Positions 38,167 through 48,821 are shown, numbered from the stretch's first letter. The stretch: 64,000 bases of DNA from Nitrospirota bacterium (GCA_963663225.1 OY760142.1:576001-640000); one strand, 5' to 3'. The notes: generated from the sequence alone by a model not told the origin. Numbers and translations: made by a program.

Positions 38167-39354
38167 ATGCGTAAAAAACGAACAAGTGTGCTCACCGGTC
38201 TCGACCGCGCGGAAAAGCTCTGGCCCAGGGACCTGCGGGGCGCACGCGTGGGACTCGTGGTGCATCCCGCATCGGTAAACCGTGTGCTCGACCACGCAGC
38301 AACGATCCTGCACAAATCAAGGAAACTGAAGGTCACCGCGCTGTTCGGCCCCCAGCACGGCATTCTGGGCCAGACCCAGGACAATATGATCGAATGGGAA
38401 GGGTTCCGCGACCCGGTATCCGGCGTGCCCATTTACAGTCTGTACGGAAAGACCCGAAAACCCACGCCGAACATGCTGTCTGATATAGACGTTCTGGTCA
38501 TCGACGTACAGGATGTGGGCGCGAGATACTACACCTTCATCTGGACGCTGGAGCTCTGCATGCAGGCCTGCAAAGAGCTGAACAAAGCGGTCATCGTGCT
38601 CGACAGGCCCAATCCGATCAACGGGCGCACGACCGAGGGACCGCTCCTTAATCCGGATTATGCATCATTCATAGGGCTCAGGCCGCTGCCCATCCGGCAC
38701 GGCATGACCATCGGCGAGATAGGATTGTATCTCCGGGACACGTTCCATCCCGGTTTGGATTACCGCGTTGTTCCGCTGCAAGGATGGAAACGGTCGATGT
38801 GGTTCGATGAAACGCTTCTTCCGTGGGTCCTTCCCTCTCCCAATATGCCCACGCTCGATACGGCCCTTGTATATCCCGGCATGTGTCTCCTAGAAGGGAC
38901 CAACATTTCGGAAGGCCGGGGAACAACGAGGCCCTTTGAAATATTCGGCGCTCCTTTCATTCATGCGGAAACCATTGTCGGAGTACTGGATGAGTTCAGA
39001 CTGCCGGGCGTGGTGTTCCGTCCGCTTTCATTCCAGCCAACGTTTCAAAAACACACCGGCATCCTCTGCGGAGGCGCGCAGATTCATGTGATCGATAGGG
39101 AGAAATTCAAGCCGTTCAAGACAGGCGTGGCCGTCATCAAGGCGGTTCACAATACCTATCCGCGCGACTTTGCGTGGAATCAGCCTCCATACGAATATGA
39201 AGAGATAAATCTTCCCTTCGACGTCCTCGCGGGCGGCAACAGACTGCGAAAAGACATAGAGTCATGGAAAAACCTCGGAGAGATGGAACACTGGTGGAAG
39301 AAAGAAACAAAGACTTTTGAAAAAACCAGGAAAAAATACTTGATCTATAAATAG
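38167..39354 (+). CDS. namZ: Exo-beta-N-acetylmuramidase NamZ (DUF1343)
   Basis: LFGPQHG, YSLYG, DVQDVGARYYTF, LDRPNP, PIRHGMTIGE, WVLPSPNMP, SEGRGTTRPFE. Confidence 0.92.
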   Translation: MRKKRTSVLTGLDRAEKLWPRDLRGARVGLVVHPASVNRVLDHAATILHKSRKLKVTALFGPQHGILGQTQDNMIEWEGFRDPVSGVPIYSLYGKTRKPTPNMLSDIDVLVIDVQDVGARYYTFIWTLELCMQACKELNKAVIVLDRPNPINGRTTEGPLLNPDYASFIGLRPLPIRHGMTIGEIGLYLRDTFHPGLDYRVVPLQGWKRSMWFDETLLPWVLPSPNMPTLDTALVYPGMCLLEGTNISEGRGTTRPFEIFGAPFIHAETIVGVLDEFRLPGVVFRPLSFQPTFQKHTGILCGGAQIHVIDREKFKPFKTGVAVIKAVHNTYPRDFAWNQPPYEYEEINLPFDVLAGGNRLRKDIESWKNLGEMEHWWKKETKTFEKTRKKYLIYK

Positions 39355-39445
39355 GGCTACCGTGCGGCTGTTTCACGATTCCTGCCGGTTTTTGTTTTTT
39401 TGCTGCCAGGAAATTCGTTTTACCGCGTCGTCTCGAATAAAAAAT

Positions 39446-41458
39446 ATGTCCACATTCCCCGTCAACATTTTTCTTCCAGCCGCCGGCCTCGGCGAGCGGC
39501 TCAGGCCGATCACGAGCCATCTTCCGAAGCCGCTCCTCCCGGTCCTGGGCAGGCCGATTATTGAAATGATCCTCGAAAAAATCGCGCCTGTCTGCTCCGG
39601 AACAATCGGCATCAATCTGCATTACAAACCGGAGTTGCTCCGCGAATGGGCAGAAAGATCACCGTACGCCGATCGAATACATTTTTTCGATGAGAACCCC
39701 ATTCTCGGTACAGGCGGCGCACTCAAGAACGCCGAACCGTTGCTGTCCCGCGCGCCGTTCATCGTGCACAACTCGGATATTTTGCTCGACATAGATTTTC
39801 AGGGTCTGATAGCCGCGCACATCTCGTCAGGAAACATAGCGACCCTCGTCTGCCACCGCATTCCTGAACTCAGCAACGTGGTCATAGACAAAAAAAACCA
39901 GGTGCTCGATGTCGAGAACGCAGGGACATCCAGACCCGACCCGGCGACCAAAGCGGACAAGATTGCCTACACCGGCATTGCCGTCTATTCGCCGGAAATC
40001 CTGGGATTTCTTCCTACAGGTGTTTCGCATGCGACGGTCGCCTGGATCGCCGCGTCCAGAGCAGGTTTTAACGTGCGGGCCGTGGACGTTACCGGCTGCT
40101 CCTGGCATGACATCGGCAATCCCGTAACCTACTCAAGAGCGATGCTTGACGCTCTGCGGAATACCGGAGAAACAGTTTACGTCTCACCGTCCGCCCACTG
40201 CGGCCGCATCTCGATCGACGGCTACATCGTGCTGGAATCGGGAAGCACGGTCGAGGATGGGGCGCGCCTCAGAAACTGCGTCGTGATGCCGGGCGCACGC
40301 GTATCTGGTGAACAAGAGAACATGATCCTCGGTCCGGACTACGCTATAAGTCTTTCGGAAACGGACATGCAACCGTCACTTCACGCCGTGGAGCAGAAAC
40401 AGATTTCGCTGACGGAGCCGTTCTTTTCGGGATATTTCACGGAGACATCCTCTGAAACGACCGGCCTTGATGTTTCCCGTCACGGACATCCGGCGATTCA
40501 GCAGCAAAAAACGGGAATCTGGTCGAATGCCATCCTCATCGGCCTCGGCGGTTCAGACCGGCGTTATTTCCGTGTGCGCAACGACCACACCAGCGCGGTG
40601 CTGATGGAATGCAGCCCGGACGACCCGGATTACGAACGTCATATCATGTATACCCGTTTTTTCTCGGCCCATACCATGCCGGTCCCCGGACTTCTTGCCA
40701 CGGACTCCGCGCATAAATGCGCCTTGTTTGAAGATCTGGGAGACGCGAGTTTGTATGCGTGTATGAAGCCTCCCCGTGATTCCGGGTACATCAGCGATGT
40801 TTACTCCCGTGTGCTGGACATTCTGCTCAAACTCCATACCCGCATCACAAACCACGTGCATGAATGTCCGATGCTTCGGGAACGCATATTTGACTATGAA
40901 TACCTGCGGTGGGAAACGAGCTATTTTCTGGATCGGTTCGTCATCGGATTACGCAACACTCCCCCGAAAAACCGAAAAGACCTGGAGCAGGAATTCCATC
41001 ACCTTGCGCACAGAACAGACTCGTTCCCCAAGAGCGTGATCCACCGCGATTTTCAATGCCAGAACATCATGATGACGCGCAACGGCATTCCTCGCGTCAT
41101 CGACTTCCAGGGCGCACGCATGGCGCCGGCTGCCTATGATGTGGCATCGATTCTCTGGGACCCATACCATCGACTTGAGGACGGCGTCCGGGAAAAGCTG
41201 CTTGCATATTATGTTCAGGAAAGAAAAAAAGACTCTCCAGAATTCGATGAAAAAATATTCATGGAAAGCCTTGCTTTGTGCCGACTTCAGCGCCATATGC
41301 AGGCGCTCGGCGCGTACGGTTTTCTGTCGGTGGTGAAGGGGAAAAAATATTTTCTGAAGCATGTTCCGGAAGCGCTCCGTTTGCTCAAAGACGACTTGTC
41401 CGGAATGCAGAATGAATATCTCGTGCTCTGCAGGCTTGTGGACCATCTGCAGCGGTAA
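39446..41458 (+). CDS. Fused sugar-1-phosphate nucleotidyltransferase (MurU-like) and anomeric kinase (AmgK-like)
   Basis: N-terminal AAGLGERLRPIT..PKPL, LGTGGAL, HNSD; C-terminal GGSDRRYFR, EDLGD, HRDFQCQN, IDFQGA, LQRHMQALGAYG. Confidence 0.88.
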   Translation: MSTFPVNIFLPAAGLGERLRPITSHLPKPLLPVLGRPIIEMILEKIAPVCSGTIGINLHYKPELLREWAERSPYADRIHFFDENPILGTGGALKNAEPLLSRAPFIVHNSDILLDIDFQGLIAAHISSGNIATLVCHRIPELSNVVIDKKNQVLDVENAGTSRPDPATKADKIAYTGIAVYSPEILGFLPTGVSHATVAWIAASRAGFNVRAVDVTGCSWHDIGNPVTYSRAMLDALRNTGETVYVSPSAHCGRISIDGYIVLESGSTVEDGARLRNCVVMPGARVSGEQENMILGPDYAISLSETDMQPSLHAVEQKQISLTEPFFSGYFTETSSETTGLDVSRHGHPAIQQQKTGIWSNAILIGLGGSDRRYFRVRNDHTSAVLMECSPDDPDYERHIMYTRFFSAHTMPVPGLLATDSAHKCALFEDLGDASLYACMKPPRDSGYISDVYSRVLDILLKLHTRITNHVHECPMLRERIFDYEYLRWETSYFLDRFVIGLRNTPPKNRKDLEQEFHHLAHRTDSFPKSVIHRDFQCQNIMMTRNGIPRVIDFQGARMAPAAYDVASILWDPYHRLEDGVREKLLAYYVQERKKDSPEFDEKIFMESLALCRLQRHMQALGAYGFLSVVKGKKYFLKHVPEALRLLKDDLSGMQNEYLVLCRLVDHLQR

Positions 41459-41461
41459 AAA

Positions 41462-42880
41462 TCATTTCAATCGCGCGAGATGCGCCAACGCCTCCTGCCT
41501 GTCCTTGATCGTCCCGTCTGCCTGCAGTTCCCTGATCTCGTCGAGAATCACCCGGAACCGCGGCCCCGGTTCAAATCCGCGCTGGATCAAATCCTGTCCG
41601 TTCACCAGCGGTCTGGCTGCGGCTTTCAGAAACTTCTTATAATAGTAATCCAGCACCGTTGCCATGGTCTTTTCCGTGTCGGTAAACTTGTCGCCGGGCA
41701 TTATTTCCTGTGTAGCCCGGGCGTCGGCTTGCGCAAGGAGGAGACTTTCGGGCAGGGCAGTGCGCGCGTCCCGGCAGTAGCGGTACATTGCATTGTTGCT
41801 CACTCCTGCCGCGGTGGCCAGATTGAACAGCCGCATATGGTCCCTGATCACCCTCTCGACCACTGACTCCGATTCCCGGGACAGCTTAAGCCGGCGGCAG
41901 AGAAGTCCGGCTTTGCGCGCTCCGAGACTGTCGTGGCCGTGGAACCTCACGCGGCCGCCGACGTCGGTAAATGTTTCAGGTTTGGCCATATCATGCAGCA
42001 AACAGGCGAGCTTGAGCACGGCCTTCCGGGGCGCCAGACGCTCCAGCGGCTCTTCCAGGTGAACAAGCACGAGCTCTGCATGCTCCGGAGATATTTTCAG
42101 CAGATCGTCCAGCACGCTGTCGATATATTCAGCCGTCTTAATGGAGTGAGTCAGGACATCATGCGCCTGATATCTGCCCGGCGCAAAACCGCGGAGAGGA
42201 TCAAGCTCCGGCAAAAGCGGCGACAGCAGTCCGAGCGATTCCATCATATGCAGATGTTTTCCGGCATTTCGTTCCGACAGGACAAGCAACAGTTCGTCGC
42301 GCACCCGCTCAGCGGAAGGAAGCGCGATCAGGTTTGAGCGTTCCCGGATCTGCCGGATCGTTTTTTCCTCCAGATCGAATCCCAGAGTTGCCGCGAACCG
42401 CACGGCGCGCAAAAGCCGGAGCGGGTCTTCATCCAGCACTTCCGGCTTCACCGTGCGGATCAGTTTGTTCGCAAGGTCTTCCCTCCCGTGAAACGAATCA
42501 ATCACCGTTGCTGAAAGTTGTTCTGTAAGAAACTCCCGCACGAAAACGGCCATGGCATTCACGGTGAAATCCCTGCGGCCCAGATCAGCATACAGATCAG
42601 GGCCGTCAAAGTTCGTGAAATCGAACTGCACTGCCCCTTTGTCCGCATATTTCACGACACGCGCAATATCCCGTTCTTCATCGAGGAAAAAGAAACTGCC
42701 GCCGATTTTGTCGGCAAATGCGCGCGCCGCGGGCACTGAACCTGCCGGAAACAAGAGGTCGATATCATTGATGTCCTGCTTCCCGATCAGCAGATCGCGC
42801 ACAGAACCGCCGACAAGATAAACCGGTTGCGTGGTGATCGAAAGAAGGTCTGAGAGGCATGAGAGTATGAAGGGGTCCAT
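41462..42880 (-). CDS. Class II tRNA nucleotidyltransferase with HD domain
   Basis: LVGGSVRD, DID, RRDFTVNA, EDPLRLLR, ERVRDE, LLHDMAKP. Confidence 0.9.
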   Translation of the reverse strand: MDPFILSCLSDLLSITTQPVYLVGGSVRDLLIGKQDINDIDLLFPAGSVPAARAFADKIGGSFFFLDEERDIARVVKYADKGAVQFDFTNFDGPDLYADLGRRDFTVNAMAVFVREFLTEQLSATVIDSFHGREDLANKLIRTVKPEVLDEDPLRLLRAVRFAATLGFDLEEKTIRQIRERSNLIALPSAERVRDELLLVLSERNAGKHLHMMESLGLLSPLLPELDPLRGFAPGRYQAHDVLTHSIKTAEYIDSVLDDLLKISPEHAELVLVHLEEPLERLAPRKAVLKLACLLHDMAKPETFTDVGGRVRFHGHDSLGARKAGLLCRRLKLSRESESVVERVIRDHMRLFNLATAAGVSNNAMYRYCRDARTALPESLLLAQADARATQEIMPGDKFTDTEKTMATVLDYYYKKFLKAAARPLVNGQDLIQRGFEPGPRFRVILDEIRELQADGTIKDRQEALAHLARLK

Positions 42881-42932
42881 GATTGTGAATACTCAGGGTA
42901 CGTTCAGGAAAGGAGTGATGTGCGGCACGGCG

Positions 42933-44018
42933 TCAGGGTTTCTCCAGCACCTCCTGCAACACCCGTTCTTCCCATTCCTTTGTGACGATTACCTCGCCCA
43001 TTTTCTTCGGCAGCACGAACTTTGTTTTTCCGCCTTCCGCTTTTTTGTCGATCTGCATGGTGTTCATGAGTTCCGCCGCAGACGGTGTTCTGCTGAGGGC
43101 CGCAAAATGAGCAGGCAGTCCGTACGCGGTGATGAGCCGTTCGACCCGCGACGGCACCGAGGCAGCACACAGTCCCATGCGGTGCGCAAGCCGGGAAGCA
43201 TACACCATGCCGAGTGCGACCGCGTATCCGTGGCGCATCGTATAGTGCTCCGCGGTTTCAACGGCATGGCCCACGGTATGGCCGAAATTGAGGATCGCGC
43301 GGATGCCGTTCTCGCGCTCGTCCCTGCTTACGACATCCGCCTTGATCTCGCAGGAGCGCCGGATGACTTGCTCAAGCGCGCCGGGGTCACGCGCGAGCAG
43401 CTTTTCACGATTGGCGTCGAGATAGTCAAAAAACGGTTCATCCCAGATCACGCCGTACTTGATCACCTCGGCCATGCCCGCGAGGAACTCTTCCTTCGGC
43501 AGTGTAGCGAGAACGCCGCCGTCCATCAGCACTTTTTTCGGCTGATAGAATGCCCCGATCATGTTCTTTCCCAGCGGATGATTGACGCCGGTCTTGCCGC
43601 CCACGCTGCTGTCCACCATGGCAAGGAGGGTGGTCGGAATCTGGACGAACGGGATCCCCCGCATGAAGGTGGCCGCGGCAAAACCCGTCAGGTCGCCGAT
43701 CACGCCGCCTCCAAGGGCGACAAGCGCGGATCTTCTGTCAAACCTGTTCTGCAGAAGTTCCGAGTAGATGTTGTTCGCGGAGTCGAGTGTTTTGTACTGC
43801 TCGCCGTCCGGGATTTCAATCGTGAGGACGAGGAAGCCCGATCCGGTGAGGCTGTCGGCCACCCGGCGGCCGTACAGACCGCCGACCGTGGGGTTCGTAA
43901 TAAGGGCGATTTTATTTCCGAGTCCGAGTTTGCTGAGCCGCTCTCCCGTCTGCTCAAGGGCGATGCCGATTTCTATATCGTAGCTTCTGTCTGCCAGATC
44001 TACTCTAACAACGTGCAT
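42933..44018 (-). CDS. aroB: 3-dehydroquinate synthase
   Basis: LGGGVIGDLTGF, PTTLLAMVDSSVGGKTGVN, LNFGHT. Confidence 0.97.
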   Translation of the reverse strand: MHVVRVDLADRSYDIEIGIALEQTGERLSKLGLGNKIALITNPTVGGLYGRRVADSLTGSGFLVLTIEIPDGEQYKTLDSANNIYSELLQNRFDRRSALVALGGGVIGDLTGFAAATFMRGIPFVQIPTTLLAMVDSSVGGKTGVNHPLGKNMIGAFYQPKKVLMDGGVLATLPKEEFLAGMAEVIKYGVIWDEPFFDYLDANREKLLARDPGALEQVIRRSCEIKADVVSRDERENGIRAILNFGHTVGHAVETAEHYTMRHGYAVALGMVYASRLAHRMGLCAASVPSRVERLITAYGLPAHFAALSRTPSAAELMNTMQIDKKAEGGKTKFVLPKKMGEVIVTKEWEERVLQEVLEKP

Positions 44019-44520
44019 ACCGCACCTTTTCCTTGATCTCGTGCACCGCCTCGTCCACGGTTTTTTCAGAAGTGTCGACAATAAGATCGGCTTGCTGGTA
44101 GAAGTGCGCGCGGATGTCAAGGATGTCCTTGATCGTTTTCAGAGGGTCCGCGGTCTGGAGCAGCGGCCGGTGGGTCTCCTGTTTGATGCGTTCAAAAATA
44201 ACTTCCGGACGGGCGGCAAGGCAGATCACCATGCCGGCCTTTTTGAACAGATCCCGGTTTTCATCACGGATCACGGCGCCGCCTCCGGTCGAAACCACCT
44301 GGCTTTCGCCTTCCAAAATCCTTTTGATAATTCTTGCCTCGACATCGCGAAAGTAGGGCTCTCCGTGTTTTTCAAATATCGACGGAATGTCCGTGCGTTG
44401 ATCGGCTTCGATGCATGCGTCCGTGTCTACAAACGTGTATCCAAGGTCCTTCGCGAGCTTTTTCCCCACGCTTGTTTTGCCGACTCCCATGAATCCGGTA
44501 AGGATGATATTTCTTAACAT
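44005..44520 (-). CDS. aroK: Shikimate kinase
   Basis: GFMGVGKT, GEPYFR, STGGG and RPLL motifs. Confidence 0.96.
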   Translation of the reverse strand: MLRNIILTGFMGVGKTSVGKKLAKDLGYTFVDTDACIEADQRTDIPSIFEKHGEPYFRDVEARIIKRILEGESQVVSTGGGAVIRDENRDLFKKAGMVICLAARPEVIFERIKQETHRPLLQTADPLKTIKDILDIRAHFYQQADLIVDTSEKTVDEAVHEIKEKVRYARC

Positions 44521-44524
44521 ACCA

Positions 44525-45748
44525 TTATGTCCGCGACGGTTTTTCCTGAACGGTGCCGCTGTTCTTTCCCCGTGTTTCCTCAACTTCCATCCGGGTTTTC
44601 AGATAGGCGCCATACCCTTCGTAGTTTCGCTTCATCTCGTCCATGCTGTCTCCGCCGAACTTCTCGATGAGAAGGGACGCCAGTTCGAAAGCGACCGCGG
44701 CCTCGGCCACCACGCCCGCCGCGGGCACCGCGCAGACATCGGAGCGCTCCACACTCGCTTTGAACGGTTTTTTGCTCGCCATGTCCACCGAACGCAGCGG
44801 TTTCATAAGCGTCGGGATCGGCTTCATGGCAGCGCGAAGCGTAATGGTTTCGCCGTTGCTCATGCCGCCTTCGATGCCGCCCGCCCGGTTGGTCTTGCGG
44901 TAAAAGCCATCTTTTCTGCTCCAGTAAATCTCATCATGCACCTGTGACCCGGGGCGGTTCGACACGCCGAATCCCGCGCCGACCTCGACCCCCTTGATGG
45001 CCTGAATGCTCATGAGCGCCGCCGCGAGCCTGGCATCGAGTTTCCGGTCCCAGTGCGTGTGGCTCCCCAGACCCGCGGGAACGCCCGTGACCATCACTTC
45101 GAACACGCCGCCGAGCGAATCACCCGCCGATCTCGCGTCATCGATCTTCCGCATCATGCTTTTCTCGGCTTCCGCATCTGCACAATGGAGCTCTGAAGCC
45201 TCTGCTTTCTTTTTAATTTCCTTCGGTAATGATTTCGGGACTTTGGCAAAGACCCCGCCGATGGAAAGCACGTGGCTGATGATCTCAATGTTGAACTCTT
45301 CCAAAAGTCTTTTCGCCACCGCGCCGACCGCGACACGCATGGCGGTTTCCCTTGCGCTTGATCGTTCGATAATATTCCGGATGTCCGCGGTACCGTATTT
45401 CAGCGCGCCCGCAAGGTCTGCATGTCCCGGACGGGGACGGGTAACCGGGCCGGTGGAATTCAGAAACATGGGGTCCGACGACATTTTATCGCGCCAGTTA
45501 TCCCAATCTCTGTTGCGGACAACAAGACCGATGGGGCTTCCGAGCGTCTTACCCCAGCGTACACCGGTATAGATCTTGACCGTGTCTTTTTCTATTTTCA
45601 TCCGGTTGCCCCGGCCATATCCTGTCTGGCGGCGCCCAAGGTCACGGTCAATATCAGTCACCCGTATCAAAAGTCCCGCGGGCATTCCCTCGATGATTCC
45701 CATTAGAAGTTCTCCGTGAGACTCTCCGGCTGTCAGAAAGCGTAGCAT
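44525..45748 (-). CDS. aroC: Chorismate synthase
   Basis: [35 protein letters not shown]. Confidence 0.97.
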   Translation of the reverse strand: MLRFLTAGESHGELLMGIIEGMPAGLLIRVTDIDRDLGRRQTGYGRGNRMKIEKDTVKIYTGVRWGKTLGSPIGLVVRNRDWDNWRDKMSSDPMFLNSTGPVTRPRPGHADLAGALKYGTADIRNIIERSSARETAMRVAVGAVAKRLLEEFNIEIISHVLSIGGVFAKVPKSLPKEIKKKAEASELHCADAEAEKSMMRKIDDARSAGDSLGGVFEVMVTGVPAGLGSHTHWDRKLDARLAAALMSIQAIKGVEVGAGFGVSNRPGSQVHDEIYWSRKDGFYRKTNRAGGIEGGMSNGETITLRAAMKPIPTLMKPLRSVDMASKKPFKASVERSDVCAVPAAGVVAEAAVAFELASLLIEKFGGDSMDEMKRNYEGYGAYLKTRMEVEETRGKNSGTVQEKPSRT

Positions 45749-45976
45749 CCTCAGCCCTCCCTATCTATTTAATAATAAAGGGGAAAAATAGCATTCCGGC
45801 GCTTCTGAGGGCGGCCGATACCCGAAAAAGCTAAAAACTCCCGCAAAATCGCGATTATCATAGCAAATTTACAGTAGAAGTGCAATCAAAAGTATGTTAC
45901 TATTCAGGGTATTTTTTAGGTATTTTACCGTTTTTTCAATAAAAATCTGATGTTTCATTCATACAAGGAGATGGCT

Positions 45977-46411
45977 GTGAAGTATAAACAGGGGTCATTA
46001 GGGCGGGTTTTCGTACTTAAATTTGAGGACAAAGACGATATCCTTGAGGAAGTCAAAAAAATAGTATGCCAGGAAACAATAAAGGTCGGTACCATCATGC
46101 TGATCGGCGGCATGCGTTCTGCAGAAATGGTCTCCGGCCCGAAAGAGCCGGTGGTCCCTCCGGAATCGCTTTGGGTAAATTTCAATGACGGCCGTGACAT
46201 GCTGGGAATCGGCACCATCTTTTGGAAAGACAATGAACCGGTCATCCATATTCATGGAGCCATGGGGCATGAAAAAGACATCCTGACGGGGTGTCTTCGC
46301 AAAAACAACTCTGTGTTCATCGGGATCGAAGCGATCATCACGGAAATCCTCGCTGTTGATGCCCGAAAAGCATTGAACGAAAAAACCGGGCTCGTAATGC
46401 TGGAGCTGTAA
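45977..46411 (+). CDS. PPC/DUF296-domain putative DNA-binding protein
   Basis: GRVFVLKFE..DD, GIGTIF and IHIHG motifs; GTG start 6 nt after AAGGAG. Confidence 0.85.
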   Translation: MKYKQGSLGRVFVLKFEDKDDILEEVKKIVCQETIKVGTIMLIGGMRSAEMVSGPKEPVVPPESLWVNFNDGRDMLGIGTIFWKDNEPVIHIHGAMGHEKDILTGCLRKNNSVFIGIEAIITEILAVDARKALNEKTGLVMLEL

Positions 46412-46497
46412 AAAATATCACCAGAACGTCGTTCCAAAAACCCGGAAATTTGAACGGTTGGTAAACCGTCAACGAACGTGGCCAAGGGAGTATTTGC

Positions 46498-47223
46498 ATG
46501 ATCGCCCTGCTCTGTTCCGTACAAGCTGAAGCCCAACTTCTCCTCAGTCGCACTAAGGCAACGAGATCGAAACTGCTGGGAACCAAATCCATAATCGAAG
46601 GAACGCTCGGCGGCAAACAGGTGCTGCTTTGCGTCGGAGGGATGGGCAAGGTGAATGCGGCACACGCGGCAACGCTGCTGCTTTCACAGTTTACACCCAG
46701 CGCCCTGATCATCTTCGGCATCGGAGGAGCATACCCTTCTTCCGGCGCTCAGATCGGGGATATCGCCGTTGCAAAGGAAGAAATTGCGGGTGATGAGGGA
46801 GTGTTGACCGGGGACGGCTTCAAAGACGCCGAATACATCGGCATCCCGCTCGTCAAAACAACTTCTTCCGTGGTGTATACGACGTATCCTGCACCGGATG
46901 ACCTGTTGAAATGTACCTTGCATGTGCTGAAATCGCGGCAAAACGCAGCAACAGTGCATGCCGGCACCTTTGTCACGCTGTCGACCTGCACCGGGACAGC
47001 GGCCCGTGCGGCCGAACTGGAACAACGGTATCACGGTTTGTGTGAAAACATGGAAGGCGCGGCAGCAGCCCAGGTCGCGGAATTGCATGGTGTTCCCTGG
47101 CTAGAACTGCGCGGCATATCCAATATCGTTGAAGACCGGAACCCGGCAGCGTGGGACATCCCGCGCGCGGCGAACGCGGTGCAGAACGCGGTGCTTCAGG
47201 TATTGGATTTTTTCGGGACGTAA
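46498..47223 (+). CDS. mqnB: Futalosine hydrolase
   Basis: GMGKVNAA, GIGGAYP, STCTGT, ENMEGAA, RGISN; adjacent to mqnD. Confidence 0.9.
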   Translation: MIALLCSVQAEAQLLLSRTKATRSKLLGTKSIIEGTLGGKQVLLCVGGMGKVNAAHAATLLLSQFTPSALIIFGIGGAYPSSGAQIGDIAVAKEEIAGDEGVLTGDGFKDAEYIGIPLVKTTSSVVYTTYPAPDDLLKCTLHVLKSRQNAATVHAGTFVTLSTCTGTAARAAELEQRYHGLCENMEGAAAAQVAELHGVPWLELRGISNIVEDRNPAAWDIPRAANAVQNAVLQVLDFFGT

Positions 47224-47261
47224 TCTCAACCAATGCGGAGCTTCCGGGTTTTCATTCGCGT

Positions 47262-48110
47262 ATGACCAGAACACTGACCATAGGTTATTCCCCCTGTCCG
47301 AACGATACGTTCATTTTCTACGCGCTGGTTCATGGCAAAGTGCAAATACCGGACGTTGTCTTTCGCGAACAGCTTGAAGACGTCGAGACGCTGAACCGGC
47401 TGGCGCTCGACGGAAAACTCGATTTTACCAAAATATCATATCACGCCCTGGGCCGTCTGCGGGAACAGTACGCGCTGCTCCGTTCCGGCGGCGCGCTCGG
47501 CAGAGGATGCGGACCTCTGCTTGTGGCAAAACCGGGGACCAACCTTCAGGACCTCAAAAACGGGACCATTGCCGTGCCCGGAAAACTTACGACGGCATAT
47601 CTGCTGCTTCGTCTTTTTGAGCCTGCACTCGAAAACGTACTTGTCATGCCGTTTCATAGCATCATGGACGCGGTTGTGCGCGGGCAGGCAACGGCAGGAC
47701 TGATCATCCATGAAAGCCGTTTCACCTACCAGCACTATCATCTCGAAAAGCTGCTGGATCTCGGTGAATGGTGGGAACGCCGAACCGGCCTGCCGATTCC
47801 CCTCGGCGGTATCCTCGGCCAACGCGTTCTCGGACAAGACCTCTTAGTACGCGTGCAAACAGCCATCCGCGAGAGTCTGCTGTATGCCTGGGCCCATCCC
47901 CGGGAAGTCCTGGAATACTGCAGAAAGTACAGTCAGGAAATGGACGAAGAAGTAATGTTGAATCATATCAGCCTCTACGTAAACGACTTTTCCCTCGATA
48001 TCGGAGAGCAGGGGCTTGCCGCCATCCAAAAACTTTTTTCGGAGTCAGAAGGTCGGGGCCTCTTCCTGCTTTCCGGGAAACCTCTCCTGGCTGAACAGGA
48101 AAGCAACTGA
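47262..48110 (+). CDS. mqnD: 1,4-dihydroxy-6-naphthoate synthase
   Basis: SPCPNDTFIF, GGALGRGCGP, IIHESRFTY, PIPLG, HISLYVN. Confidence 0.95.
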   Translation: MTRTLTIGYSPCPNDTFIFYALVHGKVQIPDVVFREQLEDVETLNRLALDGKLDFTKISYHALGRLREQYALLRSGGALGRGCGPLLVAKPGTNLQDLKNGTIAVPGKLTTAYLLLRLFEPALENVLVMPFHSIMDAVVRGQATAGLIIHESRFTYQHYHLEKLLDLGEWWERRTGLPIPLGGILGQRVLGQDLLVRVQTAIRESLLYAWAHPREVLEYCRKYSQEMDEEVMLNHISLYVNDFSLDIGEQGLAAIQKLFSESEGRGLFLLSGKPLLAEQESN

Positions 48111-48260
48111 TCGATGAAGACCCGGAGTGGCACTGAACGCAACATCGTACCGTCAAAAAAAAATTATTTTACTACAATAAAAAATGTTTCATGGTATAAT
48201 ATCGGCACAATGCGTCACTATTTCGCAGGCTGCTTGCCCGCGTTACGGTAAGGAGGAAGC

Positions 48261-48821
48261 ATGGTCGGTTGGATTCTACTTGCGGTGCTCGGTTTATTCT
48301 TGGTCTGGATCATCATGATTTACAACGGTCTGGTTACCCGGCGCAACGATGTCCAGAGCGCGTGGAAGCAAATCGATGTCCAGCTGAAGCGGAGGCACGA
48401 CCTCATTCCAAACCTGGTCGCAACCGTGAAAGGGGCGATGGAGTTCGAGCAGGACACTCTTGAAAAAGTCATTTCTGCGAGGGCGAAGGCTGTGTCGGCC
48501 CCGACACCAGCTGCAAAAGCGGAGGCCGAGAATATCCTGACGCAAACCCTTGGGAAACTTTTTGCCCTCATGGAAAATTATCCGGCCCTGAAAAGCAACC
48601 AAAACGTGATGCAATTGCAGGAGGAACTCACCTCCACGGAAAACAAGATATCTTTCGCCCGCCAGTTCTATAATGATCTGGTTGCGAACTACCGGACACG
48701 GATTCAAATATTCCCCAACAATATCGTTGCGTCAATGTTCAATTTTAACAGTGAAGAATATTTCGGCGCTGAGGAAGCGGACCGTGCCGTTCCCGCTGTC
48801 AATATAAGCCTGAAAAAGTGA
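48261..48821 (+). CDS. lemA: LemA family protein
   Basis: IDVQLKRRHDLIPNLV, ENYPALKS, TENKISFARQFYN. Confidence 0.96.
   Translation: MVGWILLAVLGLFLVWIIMIYNGLVTRRNDVQSAWKQIDVQLKRRHDLIPNLVATVKGAMEFEQDTLEKVISARAKAVSAPTPAAKAEAENILTQTLGKLFALMENYPALKSNQNVMQLQEELTSTENKISFARQFYNDLVANYRTRIQIFPNNIVASMFNFNSEEYFGAEEADRAVPAVNISLKK

Noticed and set aside
39362-39445. N-terminal extensions in the ORF track (also for trpS, aroB, aroK, mqnD, moaD and fchA)
   Set aside because: Family homology begins at downstream ATGs, so the starts were trimmed.
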